A stretch of DNA of 32,000 nucleotides, taken from contig NZ_CP007496.1 in NCBI RefSeq assembly GCF_000803625.1, forward strand, positions 180,001 through 212,000, in the 5' to 3' direction. This stretch comes from Candidatus Nanosynbacter lyticus (GTDB lineage: Bacteria > Patescibacteriota > Saccharimonadia > Saccharimonadales > Saccharimonadaceae). The stretch's first letter is position 1; each line of letters begins with the position of its first letter. The position numbers and the translations under genes were made by a program. Shown one piece after another: positions 8,258 through 16,918 of the stretch. The notes under the pieces were generated by a model that did not search any database, was not told where the DNA came from, and saw nothing but the letters and a program-made list of their open reading frames with translations.

Positions 8258-8304
8258 AAAAGAAGTTTTTGAAAATGCCTGAAAGTGAGGGAGTTTTAAG
8301 TTTT

Positions 8305-10935
8305 ATGGCAATTACACAACAAAAGGCGCTGAGTAAGATTTTTGGCGATCCGCAGAAGAAGATTCTGAAACGACTGCGAAAACAAGTTGACGTTATCAAT
8401 GGTCTAAATGACAAATATGAAAAAATGTCAGACAAAGAGCTTCGAGAGCAGACGGAGGCGCTGAAAAAGCGTTTGGATAAGAAAAACGTAACCTTGGATA
8501 CGATTTTGCCGGATGCCTTTGCAGTGGTGCGAGAGGCAGCCAAGCGTGTCATCGGTGAGCGTCCGTATGATGTTCAGCTAATCGGCGGCATGGTCCTTCA
8601 TGGGGGAAATGTGGCTGAGATGAAGACGGGTGAAGGTAAGACTTTGGTGGCGACATTGCCAACCTATCTGAACGCGCTGGAAGGAAAAGGCGTTCACGTG
8701 GTGACCGTCAATGATTATCTGGCGCAGCGCGACGCTGGCTGGATGGGCCAGGTGTATGACTTTTTGGGTCTGACGACTGGTGTGATCATTAACGAAGCGT
8801 CATTTGTGTACGATAAGGATTATGACAATGAGCATCATGATGATCCGCGCATGCGTAAGCTCCGCCCGGTTACGCGTAAAGAGGCTTACGCAGCTGACAT
8901 TACTTATGGCACCAACAACGAGTTTGGTTTTGACTATCTTCGTGACAACATGGTGAACGACGTTGACTTGCTCAGGCAGCGCGAACTGAACTTTGCCATT
9001 GTTGACGAGGTGGACTCCATTCTGATCGACGAAGCGCGGACGCCGCTGATCATCTCGGCACCAGCAGCGGAGAACCCAGACAATTACTACACCTTCGCTA
9101 AAGTTGCCAGCAAATTAGTGCCAGACGACTATGTTTTGGACGAAAAACGCCGTAGCGTGGCCTTGACCGATGAAGGCGTAGAAAAAGTCCAAAAACTGCT
9201 GGGAATAAAAAATTTGTACACGCCGGACCATGTGCGCAGTGTGTATCACATGGACCAGGCGTTGCGAGCACAAACATTGTTCAAGCGCGACAAAGATTAT
9301 GTGGTAACCAATGATGGCGAAGTGATCATCGTCGATGAACACACCGGTCGTTTGATGCAAGGACGCCGCTACAACGAAGGTTTGCACCAGGCAATTGAAG
9401 CCAAAGAAGGCGTGCCAGTGCTGGAAGAAAGCATGACGCTGGCGACTATTTCGTTCCAGAATTATTTCCGTTTGTACAATAAACTTTCCGGTATGACTGG
9501 TACGGCGTTCACCGAGGCGGAAGAGTTTCAACAAATTTATTCACTGGACGTTATCCAAATTCCGCCGAACAAGCCAGTGACTCGCGATGACAAAGAAGAT
9601 CTGATTTTCAAGACCGAAAAAGGCAAGCTGAAGGCAGTGGCTGAAGCCATCAAAGATTATCACAAGCAAGGACGGCCGGTGCTGGTTGGCTCTGGCTCAA
9701 TTGCTAAGAACGAGCAGATTGCCAAATATTTGGAAAAAGAAGGTATTAAGTTTGAGATTTTGAACGCTAAGAATAATGAGCGTGAGGCGGCCATCATCGA
9801 GAAAGCTGGCGAAAAGGGTGCGATTACGCTAGCGACAAACATTGCCGGACGCGGTACCGATATCAAGCTTGGCAAGGGCGTCAAGGAATTGGGTGGCCTG
9901 GTGGTGATCGGCTCAGAACGGCACGAATCACGGCGCATCGACAATCAGCTGCGCGGTCGCGGCGGTCGTCAGGGTGATCCAGGTGAGACGCAATTCTATG
10001 TGTCGACCGAAGATGACTTGATGCGAATTTTCCAGGGCGAGCGCATCGCAGCGCTGATGGATCGGCTGGGTGTGGATGAAGATACGCCAATTCAAAACCG
10101 CGCTGTGTCAAAGACGTTGGAGGCAGCTCAGAAGCGCGTTGAGGGCTACAACTTTGATACGCGCAAAAATGTTGTTCAGTACGACAACGTCATTAACCGT
10201 CACCGCCGCGTGGTGTATGTCATGCGCCGCAAGATTTTGGAGGGTGACAATATTAAGCCAGAAATCGAACGTCTGTTGAGAGCGAAAGTCAGTGAATTAA
10301 CAACGTTGCCAATTAAAAATAATCCAAAGTTTATTGAAGAATTTGTGGCGACTTTCCCGGTTGATGAAGGTAAGCTTTCAAAGATTGGCAAGGAAAAGAA
10401 AGATAAGTTGCGCTACGAAAAGGCGTTGAAGCTGGCAGAAGAAGCGTACGCAGCTAAAGAATCTGAGATTAGTGCTGATGATTTGCGTGGTGTTGAGCGT
10501 GAGGTTTATATGGCGGTGCTGGATACATTGTGGATGCAACATTTGGAAAACATGCAACATTTGCGTGAAGGAATTCACTGGCGTAGTGTTGGTCAGCGCG
10601 ATCCGTTGGTTGAATATCGCTCAGAATCTCAGAAGTTATTTGAGAGCTTGCAGGCTAATTTACGCAATGAAGTCTTGGCGACAATATTTAACATCCATAA
10701 AGCTGATGCCGTGGTTCGTCAATCACAGGATGATGAGTACGACACAGAACTGACGCGCTTGGCGGAGAATGCTGTCGAGCGTGGCGTTAATGAACTTGGT
10801 GCGGGTGAAGAAAATCGTGATGATGACTTTTCGGTGAAAAAGGGGAAGACTAGCGCAGAATCTAATCGTGCTAAAAACCAAGCACGCAAGAAGAAAAAAG
10901 CGCAGCGTCAAAACCGCAAAAAGAATCGTAAATAG
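8305..10935 (+). CDS. secA: preprotein translocase ATPase SecA
   Basis: Diagnostic stretches include KIFGDPQKKILKRL, MKTGEGKTLVATLP, DEVDSILIDEARTPLIIS and TNIAGRGTDIKLG. I prefer ATG 8305 (GAGGGAG SD at 8287-8293). In-frame alternatives are TTG 8269 and ATG 8275. Confidence 0.95.
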   Translation: MAITQQKALSKIFGDPQKKILKRLRKQVDVINGLNDKYEKMSDKELREQTEALKKRLDKKNVTLDTILPDAFAVVREAAKRVIGERPYDVQLIGGMVLHGGNVAEMKTGEGKTLVATLPTYLNALEGKGVHVVTVNDYLAQRDAGWMGQVYDFLGLTTGVIINEASFVYDKDYDNEHHDDPRMRKLRPVTRKEAYAADITYGTNNEFGFDYLRDNMVNDVDLLRQRELNFAIVDEVDSILIDEARTPLIISAPAAENPDNYYTFAKVASKLVPDDYVLDEKRRSVALTDEGVEKVQKLLGIKNLYTPDHVRSVYHMDQALRAQTLFKRDKDYVVTNDGEVIIVDEHTGRLMQGRRYNEGLHQAIEAKEGVPVLEESMTLATISFQNYFRLYNKLSGMTGTAFTEAEEFQQIYSLDVIQIPPNKPVTRDDKEDLIFKTEKGKLKAVAEAIKDYHKQGRPVLVGSGSIAKNEQIAKYLEKEGIKFEILNAKNNEREAAIIEKAGEKGAITLATNIAGRGTDIKLGKGVKELGGLVVIGSERHESRRIDNQLRGRGGRQGDPGETQFYVSTEDDLMRIFQGERIAALMDRLGVDEDTPIQNRAVSKTLEAAQKRVEGYNFDTRKNVVQYDNVINRHRRVVYVMRRKILEGDNIKPEIERLLRAKVSELTTLPIKNNPKFIEEFVATFPVDEGKLSKIGKEKKDKLRYEKALKLAEEAYAAKESEISADDLRGVEREVYMAVLDTLWMQHLENMQHLREGIHWRSVGQRDPLVEYRSESQKLFESLQANLRNEVLATIFNIHKADAVVRQSQDDEYDTELTRLAENAVERGVNELGAGEENRDDDFSVKKGKTSAESNRAKNQARKKKKAQRQNRKKNRK

Positions 10936-10950
10936 TCAGAAAGTTAGGCG

Positions 10951-12228
10951 ATGAAACATACAGTTGAAGAAGTTAGGCTGAAAAATGGTGCGCGTGGTCT
11001 GCTGATTGATGTCCCAGACGCTACAGTGATGAGTTTTCAGGTGCAATTTAGGGCGGGCAATCGTTACGTCCTAGATAAAAATATCTATGAAACAGCGCAT
11101 ATTATGGAGCATATGGCGTTTGGCGCTAATGAAAAATTCCGTTCAGAGCATAATTATGAGCAAGAATTCACTAAAAATGGCGCCTATCACAATGCTTATA
11201 CGTCAGATTATTCGATGGTTTACGAGGCAATCTGCGCTGATTTTGAGTGGGACCGGATATTGGAACTCCAGCGGTTAGCAATTACAACGCCGCGCTTCAA
11301 TACTGATGAGCTGGAGGCAGAAAAGGGCAATGTTCGTTCTGAATTAACGGGCTATCTTAATAATCATAACCGTGTGATGTGGCCACGCATCCAGCAGGCA
11401 CTGGGTGAGGATATATTGACCTATAATCAGCGATTAAAGACGATTGCTAATATTGAGCTTAAAGATATAAAAAATCACCATAAGCGTACGCACACTTTGA
11501 AGAACATGCGGTTTGTGGTGGCTGGAAAATTGACAGGGCGAAAGTCTGCTATTAAGGAGCATTTGGAGGGGTGGCAATTGGAGACTGGTGAGAGGTTTGC
11601 GATTCCGCATGATGAGCCTCGTAGGGCAAATCCGGTTCTGATTCGACGCAAAGAAGCAACAAATCTGACATTTGGCTGGTCAATGGTCGTGCCGCATGAA
11701 TTAACAGATGAAGAGGCTGACGCTATGAGTGCCTTAAATCATATACTTACTGGCACGATGAGTTCAAGAATTTTTGGTTCGGCGCGTAAAAAAGGCTTAG
11801 CTTACAGTATATTTAGTGATACTTCAGTCGGTTTTTATGATTCGGCTTGGGATTTTGGTGGGCAAGTGAATATTGATACGGCCGAAAAGCTATTTGATGT
11901 CATTGTCAGAGAGTTAAAGAAAGTGCTATCTGGCTCTATTTCTGCTGAAGATTTAGAAAGTGTTAAATCATACTCGCTGGGCCGTTATCAGATGGGCGCT
12001 CAGACAGTTGGCCAGATTAGTAATTTTTACGTAGGCCGGTATTTTGCCGATGATTTTGTTAGGGATTATGACGGGGTGCCAGCTTCGATTTTGGCAGTCA
12101 CTTCAGAGCAGATGATTGAAACGGCTCGTCAATTCTTTGCGTCAAATACATGGACGCTGGCAGCGGTCAGTTCAGAAGAAAAAGAGTTGCTGACGAAGCT
12201 ACACGATAAACTAAGTAAGCTTTTCTGA
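10951..12228 (+). CDS. M16 (pitrilysin/insulinase) family zinc peptidase
   Basis: The inverted zinc motif HxxEH appears as HIMEH in ETAHIMEHMAFGANE. At 425 aa the protein has the two-lobed M16 size. Confidence 0.85.
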   Translation: MKHTVEEVRLKNGARGLLIDVPDATVMSFQVQFRAGNRYVLDKNIYETAHIMEHMAFGANEKFRSEHNYEQEFTKNGAYHNAYTSDYSMVYEAICADFEWDRILELQRLAITTPRFNTDELEAEKGNVRSELTGYLNNHNRVMWPRIQQALGEDILTYNQRLKTIANIELKDIKNHHKRTHTLKNMRFVVAGKLTGRKSAIKEHLEGWQLETGERFAIPHDEPRRANPVLIRRKEATNLTFGWSMVVPHELTDEEADAMSALNHILTGTMSSRIFGSARKKGLAYSIFSDTSVGFYDSAWDFGGQVNIDTAEKLFDVIVRELKKVLSGSISAEDLESVKSYSLGRYQMGAQTVGQISNFYVGRYFADDFVRDYDGVPASILAVTSEQMIETARQFFASNTWTLAAVSSEEKELLTKLHDKLSKLF

Positions 12229-12249
12229 GCCTATTTTGTAGGTTGACCG

Positions 12250-12258
12250 TGATATAAT
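12250..12258 (+). promoter_or_regulatory. extended -10 TGaTATAAT 6 nt upstream of the murD ATG (leaderless candidate)
   Basis: TGATATAAT lies at 12250-12258, the gap is tatgtt, and the ATG is at 12265. Confidence 0.5.
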
Positions 12259-12264
12259 TATGTT

Positions 12265-13509
12265 ATGAAAATTGTCATCGCTGGCTATGGAGTCGAAGGT
12301 CAATCTAATCTGCGTTATTTCCAGAAAAAGTTTCCGAGTGCCAGTTTTTTAGTGACTGACGAGCGAGAGTCCGTCGATAATTTACCAGATGGCGTTTCTT
12401 TTCAAGCGGGGTTTGCTGGTTTGGCCGACGCGTATTTAATCATAAGATCTCCCAGTATTTCTCCAGAAAAAATAAAAAACAGCGGTCAAATTTGGTCGGC
12501 GACGAATGAGTTTTTTGCAGAATGTCCAGCCGTCATTATCGGCGTAACTGGGACGAAAGGTAAGGGGACGACGTGCAGTCTGGCCGCTAGTATTTTGCGG
12601 GCGGCTGGAAAAACGGTACATTTGGTGGGGAATATCGGCGTGCCAGCGTTGGATATTTTGCCAGAGATTGAGGAAAATGACATCGTCGTTTATGAACTGT
12701 CGAGTTTTCAGCTGTGGGATCTGGAAAAGTCGCCACATGTGGCTGTGGTGCTGATGATCGAGCCAGATCATTTGAATGTTCACGCTGATTTTGATGACTA
12801 TTTGGCGGCGAAGTCGAATATTGCCAGATTCCAGACCTCAGATGACTATTTAATTTATAACTCTAAAAATGAGTTTAGCTCATCAATTGCTAGTGTTAGT
12901 TCGTCACAGAAAAAAGAATATCCGTTTGCTCTTTCGAGTGATATAATTTCGGCAATCCGTCTGCCAGGAAAGCATAATATTGATAATGCCTGTGCCGCAA
13001 TTTTGGCAGCACGTGCGATTGTTCCTAGTCTTTCTGATGATAACATAAAAGCTGGGCTGAGCAATTTTACGGGTTTGCCGCATCGCTTAAAGTTTGTCGC
13101 CGAGAAAAATGGCGTGAAATATTATGACGACAGCATTTCGACTACGCCTGGTAGTGCCGTTGCTGCGTTAAGAGCCTTCGCTGAGCCAAAGGTTTTGATT
13201 TTGGGCGGATCTGATAAGGGAGCGGATTATAGAGAATTGGCGAGTGAAATTGCCGCTCAGCAAATGCGAGCAGTGATTATTAACGGTGAAAATGCTAGTG
13301 AAATCGCCAAGTCTTTAAATGAGGAAAAAGTCTCTTGCCGAGTTGTATGCTTAAAAATGGCAATGATGTCAGAGGTGGTTGAGGCAGCAAAAAGTCAAGC
13401 CCAGTCTGGCGATATGGTAATCCTCAGCCCAGCCGCCGCCAGTTTTGATATGTTTAAGAGTTATAATGACCGCGGCGAGCAGTTCGTAGCGGCTGTAGAA
13501 AAGCTTTAA
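12265..13509 (+). CDS. murD: UDP-N-acetylmuramoyl-L-alanine--D-glutamate ligase
   Basis: It has the Mur ligase P-loop [11 protein letters not shown], the motif GLPHRLKFV, and the typical MurD N-terminus [12 protein letters not shown]. Confidence 0.9.
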   Translation: MKIVIAGYGVEGQSNLRYFQKKFPSASFLVTDERESVDNLPDGVSFQAGFAGLADAYLIIRSPSISPEKIKNSGQIWSATNEFFAECPAVIIGVTGTKGKGTTCSLAASILRAAGKTVHLVGNIGVPALDILPEIEENDIVVYELSSFQLWDLEKSPHVAVVLMIEPDHLNVHADFDDYLAAKSNIARFQTSDDYLIYNSKNEFSSSIASVSSSQKKEYPFALSSDIISAIRLPGKHNIDNACAAILAARAIVPSLSDDNIKAGLSNFTGLPHRLKFVAEKNGVKYYDDSISTTPGSAVAALRAFAEPKVLILGGSDKGADYRELASEIAAQQMRAVIINGENASEIAKSLNEEKVSCRVVCLKMAMMSEVVEAAKSQAQSGDMVILSPAAASFDMFKSYNDRGEQFVAAVEKL

Positions 13510-14045
13510 CTTTGGTAAACTTCTGGTTTTAACACGCCAATGTATGGCAAGTTTCGGTATTGCTGGCGAAAATCCAGACCATAGCCGACAACAAACTTAT
13601 TTGGCGTGTCAATACCGACGTAATCTGCCTGTGCCTCAACTTCACGCCGCTCAGGCTTGTCTAGTAATGAACATATTTTTATCGAGGCGGCATTCTTGGC
13701 GGCGAACAATTTCCTCAACGCTTGGGCGGTTCGACCACTATCAATGATATCTTCGACTATCAGCACGTGCCGATCAGTAACGTCAGTGTCTAGATCCTTA
13801 ATAATCTTCACTGTACCAGAAGATTCTGTGTCATCACCGTAACTGGAAACTGCCATAAAATCAATTTCCATGTAGCAATCCATCGCTCGTATCAGGTCAA
13901 TCATAAACGGTGCCGCACCGCGTAAAATCCCTACAACGACTGGGTTTTTATCCTGGTAATCCTCGGTTAATTTTTGCCCAAGTTTTTGAACGGCTGTTTT
14001 AATGTCTTCGCTGGTAAATAAAATCTTTTCAATGTCGTTATCCAT
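13506..14045 (-). CDS. hpt: hypoxanthine(-guanine) phosphoribosyltransferase
   Basis: The PRPP-binding motif [13 protein letters not shown] is present. I prefer the start at 14045 ([10 protein letters not shown]...) because the longest-ORF ATG at 14051 directly abuts the -10 box. The stop overlaps the murD stop (TTAA). Confidence 0.9.
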   Translation of the reverse strand: MDNDIEKILFTSEDIKTAVQKLGQKLTEDYQDKNPVVVGILRGAAPFMIDLIRAMDCYMEIDFMAVSSYGDDTESSGTVKIIKDLDTDVTDRHVLIVEDIIDSGRTAQALRKLFAAKNAASIKICSLLDKPERREVEAQADYVGIDTPNKFVVGYGLDFRQQYRNLPYIGVLKPEVYQS

Positions 14046-14051
14046 TCTCAT

Positions 14052-14060
14052 ATTCTAGCA
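14052..14060 (-). promoter_or_regulatory. extended -10 TGcTAGAAT (minus strand) 6 nt upstream of the hpt ATG at 14045
   Basis: The reverse complement of 14052-14060 is TGCTAGAAT. It is followed by ATGAGA and then ATG. Confidence 0.5.
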
Positions 14061-14080
14061 GAGAAGTCGCTTCTGAAAAA

Positions 14081-14089
14081 TGGTACAAT
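14081..14089 (+). promoter_or_regulatory. extended -10 TGgTACAAT 7 nt upstream of the prfB ATG (leaderless candidate)
   Basis: TGGTACAAT lies at 14081-14089, the gap is agaatat, and the ATG is at 14097. Confidence 0.5.
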
Positions 14090-14096
14090 AGAATAT

Positions 14097-15188
14097 ATGC
14101 AACCGCTAAAAAAGAAAATTGGAGAGTTGGAGAAGGAAATTGAGCAGGCTAAGGAGACTCTGAAGTTTTCTGAGTTGGAGCAGAAATTGGCAGAGCTAGA
14201 TGAGCAACTTAACCAGCCAGAGATTTGGAATAACCCTGATCACGCTCAAGAATTGACCAAGCATGCAGCTAGTCTTCGTCAAACGGTTGAGCCGTGGCAG
14301 ACGTTGACGGTGCAGGTGGGTGACATGGCTGAGTTGATGGAGCTTGGCGATGATGATTTGTTGCCAGAGTTTCAGACGCAGGTGGCGGCAATTGAAAAGG
14401 CGTTTGAGATTCATAAAACGGATTTGTTGTTCTCTGGTGAATACGATAATCGCTCGGCAATTGTGCGGATTTCCGCTGGTGTGGGTGGTTTGGATGCTCA
14501 GGATTTTGCAGCGATGTTGGAGCGAATGTATTTACGCTGGGCAGAAAAGTCAGGTATGAAAACCGACACACTGGAGCGATCGACTAATGATGATGCTGGA
14601 ATTAAAACTGTTGTTTTGGAGATTTCTGGGCCGTTTGCTTACGGAAAAATGCGTTCAGAGAACGGCGTACATCGGTTGGTGCGACTGAGTCCGTTTAATG
14701 CCGACAATTTGCGTCAGACCAGCTTTGCGTTGGTGGAAGTGCTGCCAAAGATCGATACGCCAGATGAAATTGCGATTGATCCGAATGATCTGAGGATTGA
14801 TGTTTACCGCTCGGGTGGCAAGGGTGGTCAAGGGGTGAACACGACCGACTCAGCAGTACGGGTGACGCACATTCCTACTGGTATTACCGTGGCGATTCAG
14901 AATGAGCGTTCGCAGATCCAAAATAAAGAGATGGCATTAAAGATTTTGCGCTCCAAATTGCTAGCGATGAAGTTGGAGCAGCATGCTGAAGCTTTGTCTG
15001 ATCTGAGGGCTGGCGAGTCGGCCAACTGGGGTAGCCAGATTAGAAATTATGTTTTACATCCGTATACATTAGTCAAAGATACTCGCACTAAGTACGAAAA
15101 CCGTAATGCCCAGGGAGTATTGGACGGTGATATTGATGAATTTATCACGGCATATTTAGAGCAGAACGCTAATTCTAAAAATATTTAG
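14097..15188 (+). CDS. prfB: peptide chain release factor 2, uninterrupted (no programmed +1 frameshift)
   Basis: The GGQ motif (SGGKGGQGVNTTDSAV) and the RF2-specific SPF tripeptide (RLSPFNADN) are both present. The 363-aa reading frame is continuous. Confidence 0.95.
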   Translation: MQPLKKKIGELEKEIEQAKETLKFSELEQKLAELDEQLNQPEIWNNPDHAQELTKHAASLRQTVEPWQTLTVQVGDMAELMELGDDDLLPEFQTQVAAIEKAFEIHKTDLLFSGEYDNRSAIVRISAGVGGLDAQDFAAMLERMYLRWAEKSGMKTDTLERSTNDDAGIKTVVLEISGPFAYGKMRSENGVHRLVRLSPFNADNLRQTSFALVEVLPKIDTPDEIAIDPNDLRIDVYRSGGKGGQGVNTTDSAVRVTHIPTGITVAIQNERSQIQNKEMALKILRSKLLAMKLEQHAEALSDLRAGESANWGSQIRNYVLHPYTLVKDTRTKYENRNAQGVLDGDIDEFITAYLEQNANSKNI

Positions 15189-15192
15189 CTTA

Positions 15193-15201
15193 TGGTATAA
15201 T
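15193..15201 (+). promoter_or_regulatory. extended -10 TGgTATAAT 7 nt upstream of the ftsE ATG (leaderless candidate)
   Basis: TGGTATAAT lies at 15193-15201, the gap is actattg, and the ATG is at 15209. Confidence 0.5.
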
Positions 15202-15208
15202 ACTATTG

Positions 15209-15892
15209 ATGATTCTGTTAGATAGGGTAACGAAGAATTATGGTAAAAGTAATAAGCCGGCACTGAATCGAGCTAGCATTCATGTTGGTGCTGGCGAGTT
15301 TGTAATTATTGTTGGTACGTCGGGTGCTGGTAAATCAACACTATTGAAGCTTTTGACAAGAGAAGAGAAACCGAGCTCTGGAAAAATTGTGGTTGGTGGA
15401 ATTGATTATGATAATTTGAAGGATAAGCACATTCCGTTGTTGCGTCGTAAGATTGGTGTGGTGTTTCAGGATTTTAAGTTGCTTCCGAATCGGACGGTGT
15501 TTGAGAATGTGGCGTTTGCCCTAGAGATTGCGGGAATGACTAATCGAGAGATTAAATCAACTGTGCCGAAGGTGATTGAGTTGGTTGGTCTTAAGGGTAA
15601 GGAAAAGCAATTTCCACATCAGCTTTCTGGTGGAGAGCGTCAGCGCGTGGCAATTGCCAGGGCGGTGGTGCGGCAGCCGAAGATTCTAATTGCCGATGAG
15701 CCGACTGGAAACTTGGACCCAAAGCACAGCTGGGATATTGTTCGCTTACTGGAAAAGATTAACAAGTATGGCACGACGGTTATTTTGACGACTCACAACG
15801 TAGAGATTGTTAACAAATTGAAGCGGCGCGTTATTACAATTGATCATGGTAAAATCACCTCCGATCAGGCGAGGGGGAGTTATAAGCAATAA
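15209..15892 (+). CDS. ftsE: cell division ABC ATPase FtsE
   Basis: Walker A GTSGAGKST, signature LSGGERQR and Walker B ILIADEPT are present. The gene sits immediately upstream of ftsX. I prefer ATG 15209 to TTG 15206. Confidence 0.9.
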   Translation: MILLDRVTKNYGKSNKPALNRASIHVGAGEFVIIVGTSGAGKSTLLKLLTREEKPSSGKIVVGGIDYDNLKDKHIPLLRRKIGVVFQDFKLLPNRTVFENVAFALEIAGMTNREIKSTVPKVIELVGLKGKEKQFPHQLSGGERQRVAIARAVVRQPKILIADEPTGNLDPKHSWDIVRLLEKINKYGTTVILTTHNVEIVNKLKRRVITIDHGKITSDQARGSYKQ

Positions 15893-16875
15893 TGAAATCA
15901 TCTAAATCCAGTAAAAGTAAGGATAATATTCGTATACGTCAACGCCGACGGGGCTGGTTGACTTTTGTGCGGATGTGTCGGTATGGTATTAATAACTTTA
16001 GCCGTAATGCTTGGTTGACGATTGCCGCCACTGCGGTGATGAGTGTGACACTAATAATTGTATTTATGACTTTGTCGGCACGACAGATTTTGGTTGATAC
16101 CGTCTCAAATGTCTCTAAACGTGCTGATATGTCAATTTATTTGAAGGGTGATACTCCTGAAAAGACCATAAATACTATCAAATCTCGTATTGAAAAACTA
16201 GATAACGTAGACAGCGTAAAGTATATTTCTGCAGCAGAGGCTAGAGAAAAGCAGGCTGAGCAAAATAAGGATGATCCAGATACACTAGAGGCAATTCGCG
16301 AATCTAGCAACGAAATGTCGGCGACGCTTCGTGTTTCCGTTAAGGAATTGAATAATCAACAGTCATTAAATAATTTTGTTAAAACCGACGATTTGTATAA
16401 AAAATATAAAGATCCTCGCAGGGAGCCATCATTCTCAGGCGAGCGCCAACAGGCCATTAAGACGGTGGGCAATTGGGTACGGCTGGCTAGTATAGGCGGT
16501 TCGATTGCTACAGTAGTGTTTGTGGTGATATCTTCACTGGTGGTCTTTAATACTATCCGCATGGCAATCTTCAACCGCAAAGATGAGATTGAAATGATGA
16601 AGTTAATCGGTGCTGAACGCAGCTTTATTAGGGGTCCGTTTATTGTTGAGGCAATAATGTATGGGTTCATTGCAGCAATTATCGCCACAGTGGCTGGCTA
16701 TAGTTTACTGTTTTTTGCTCACGACCCAATGACGAAATACGGTATTCCAGTTGATAATCTTTTAGGGCATTTAACAGTTTATGGCGGGTTGGTTTTCTTA
16801 GGTATGATTTTGGTCGGAGCGACAATTGGCGTAGCCTCGTCTTGGGTGGCAACACGTAAATATCTTAAACTATAA
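15892..16875 (+). CDS. ftsX: cell division permease-like protein FtsX
   Basis: It has 4-TM FtsX topology with an extracellular loop domain and the motif MKLIGAERSFIRGPFIVEAIMYG. The start overlaps the ftsE stop (TAATG). A GAGGGGGAG SD precedes it. Confidence 0.9.
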   Translation: MKSSKSSKSKDNIRIRQRRRGWLTFVRMCRYGINNFSRNAWLTIAATAVMSVTLIIVFMTLSARQILVDTVSNVSKRADMSIYLKGDTPEKTINTIKSRIEKLDNVDSVKYISAAEAREKQAEQNKDDPDTLEAIRESSNEMSATLRVSVKELNNQQSLNNFVKTDDLYKKYKDPRREPSFSGERQQAIKTVGNWVRLASIGGSIATVVFVVISSLVVFNTIRMAIFNRKDEIEMMKLIGAERSFIRGPFIVEAIMYGFIAAIIATVAGYSLLFFAHDPMTKYGIPVDNLLGHLTVYGGLVFLGMILVGATIGVASSWVATRKYLKL

Positions 16876-16882
16876 AATATCC

Positions 16883-16912
16883 TTGACAGTCGGATTACGC
16901 TTATGCTAATAT
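16883..16912 (+). promoter_or_regulatory. promoter TTGACA-18 nt-TGcTAATAT, 6 nt upstream of ATG 16919
   Basis: TTGACA lies at 16883-16888 and TAATAT at 16907-16912, preceded by TGc. The gap is agatgc and the ATG is at 16919. Confidence 0.55.
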
Positions 16913-16918
16913 AGATGC

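Noticed and set aside
8269-8304. A 12-residue N-terminal extension of SecA (TTG 8269 or ATG 8275)
   Set aside because: The SecA N-terminus aligns best from ATG 8305, which has a strong SD. The extension is kept only as an alternative because of the shared 15-mer geometry with ctpA.
14097-14200. Programmed +1 frameshift site in prfB
   Set aside because: The reading frame is continuous from ATG 14097. There is no in-frame TGA or CUU UGA-type site in the first 35 codons or so.
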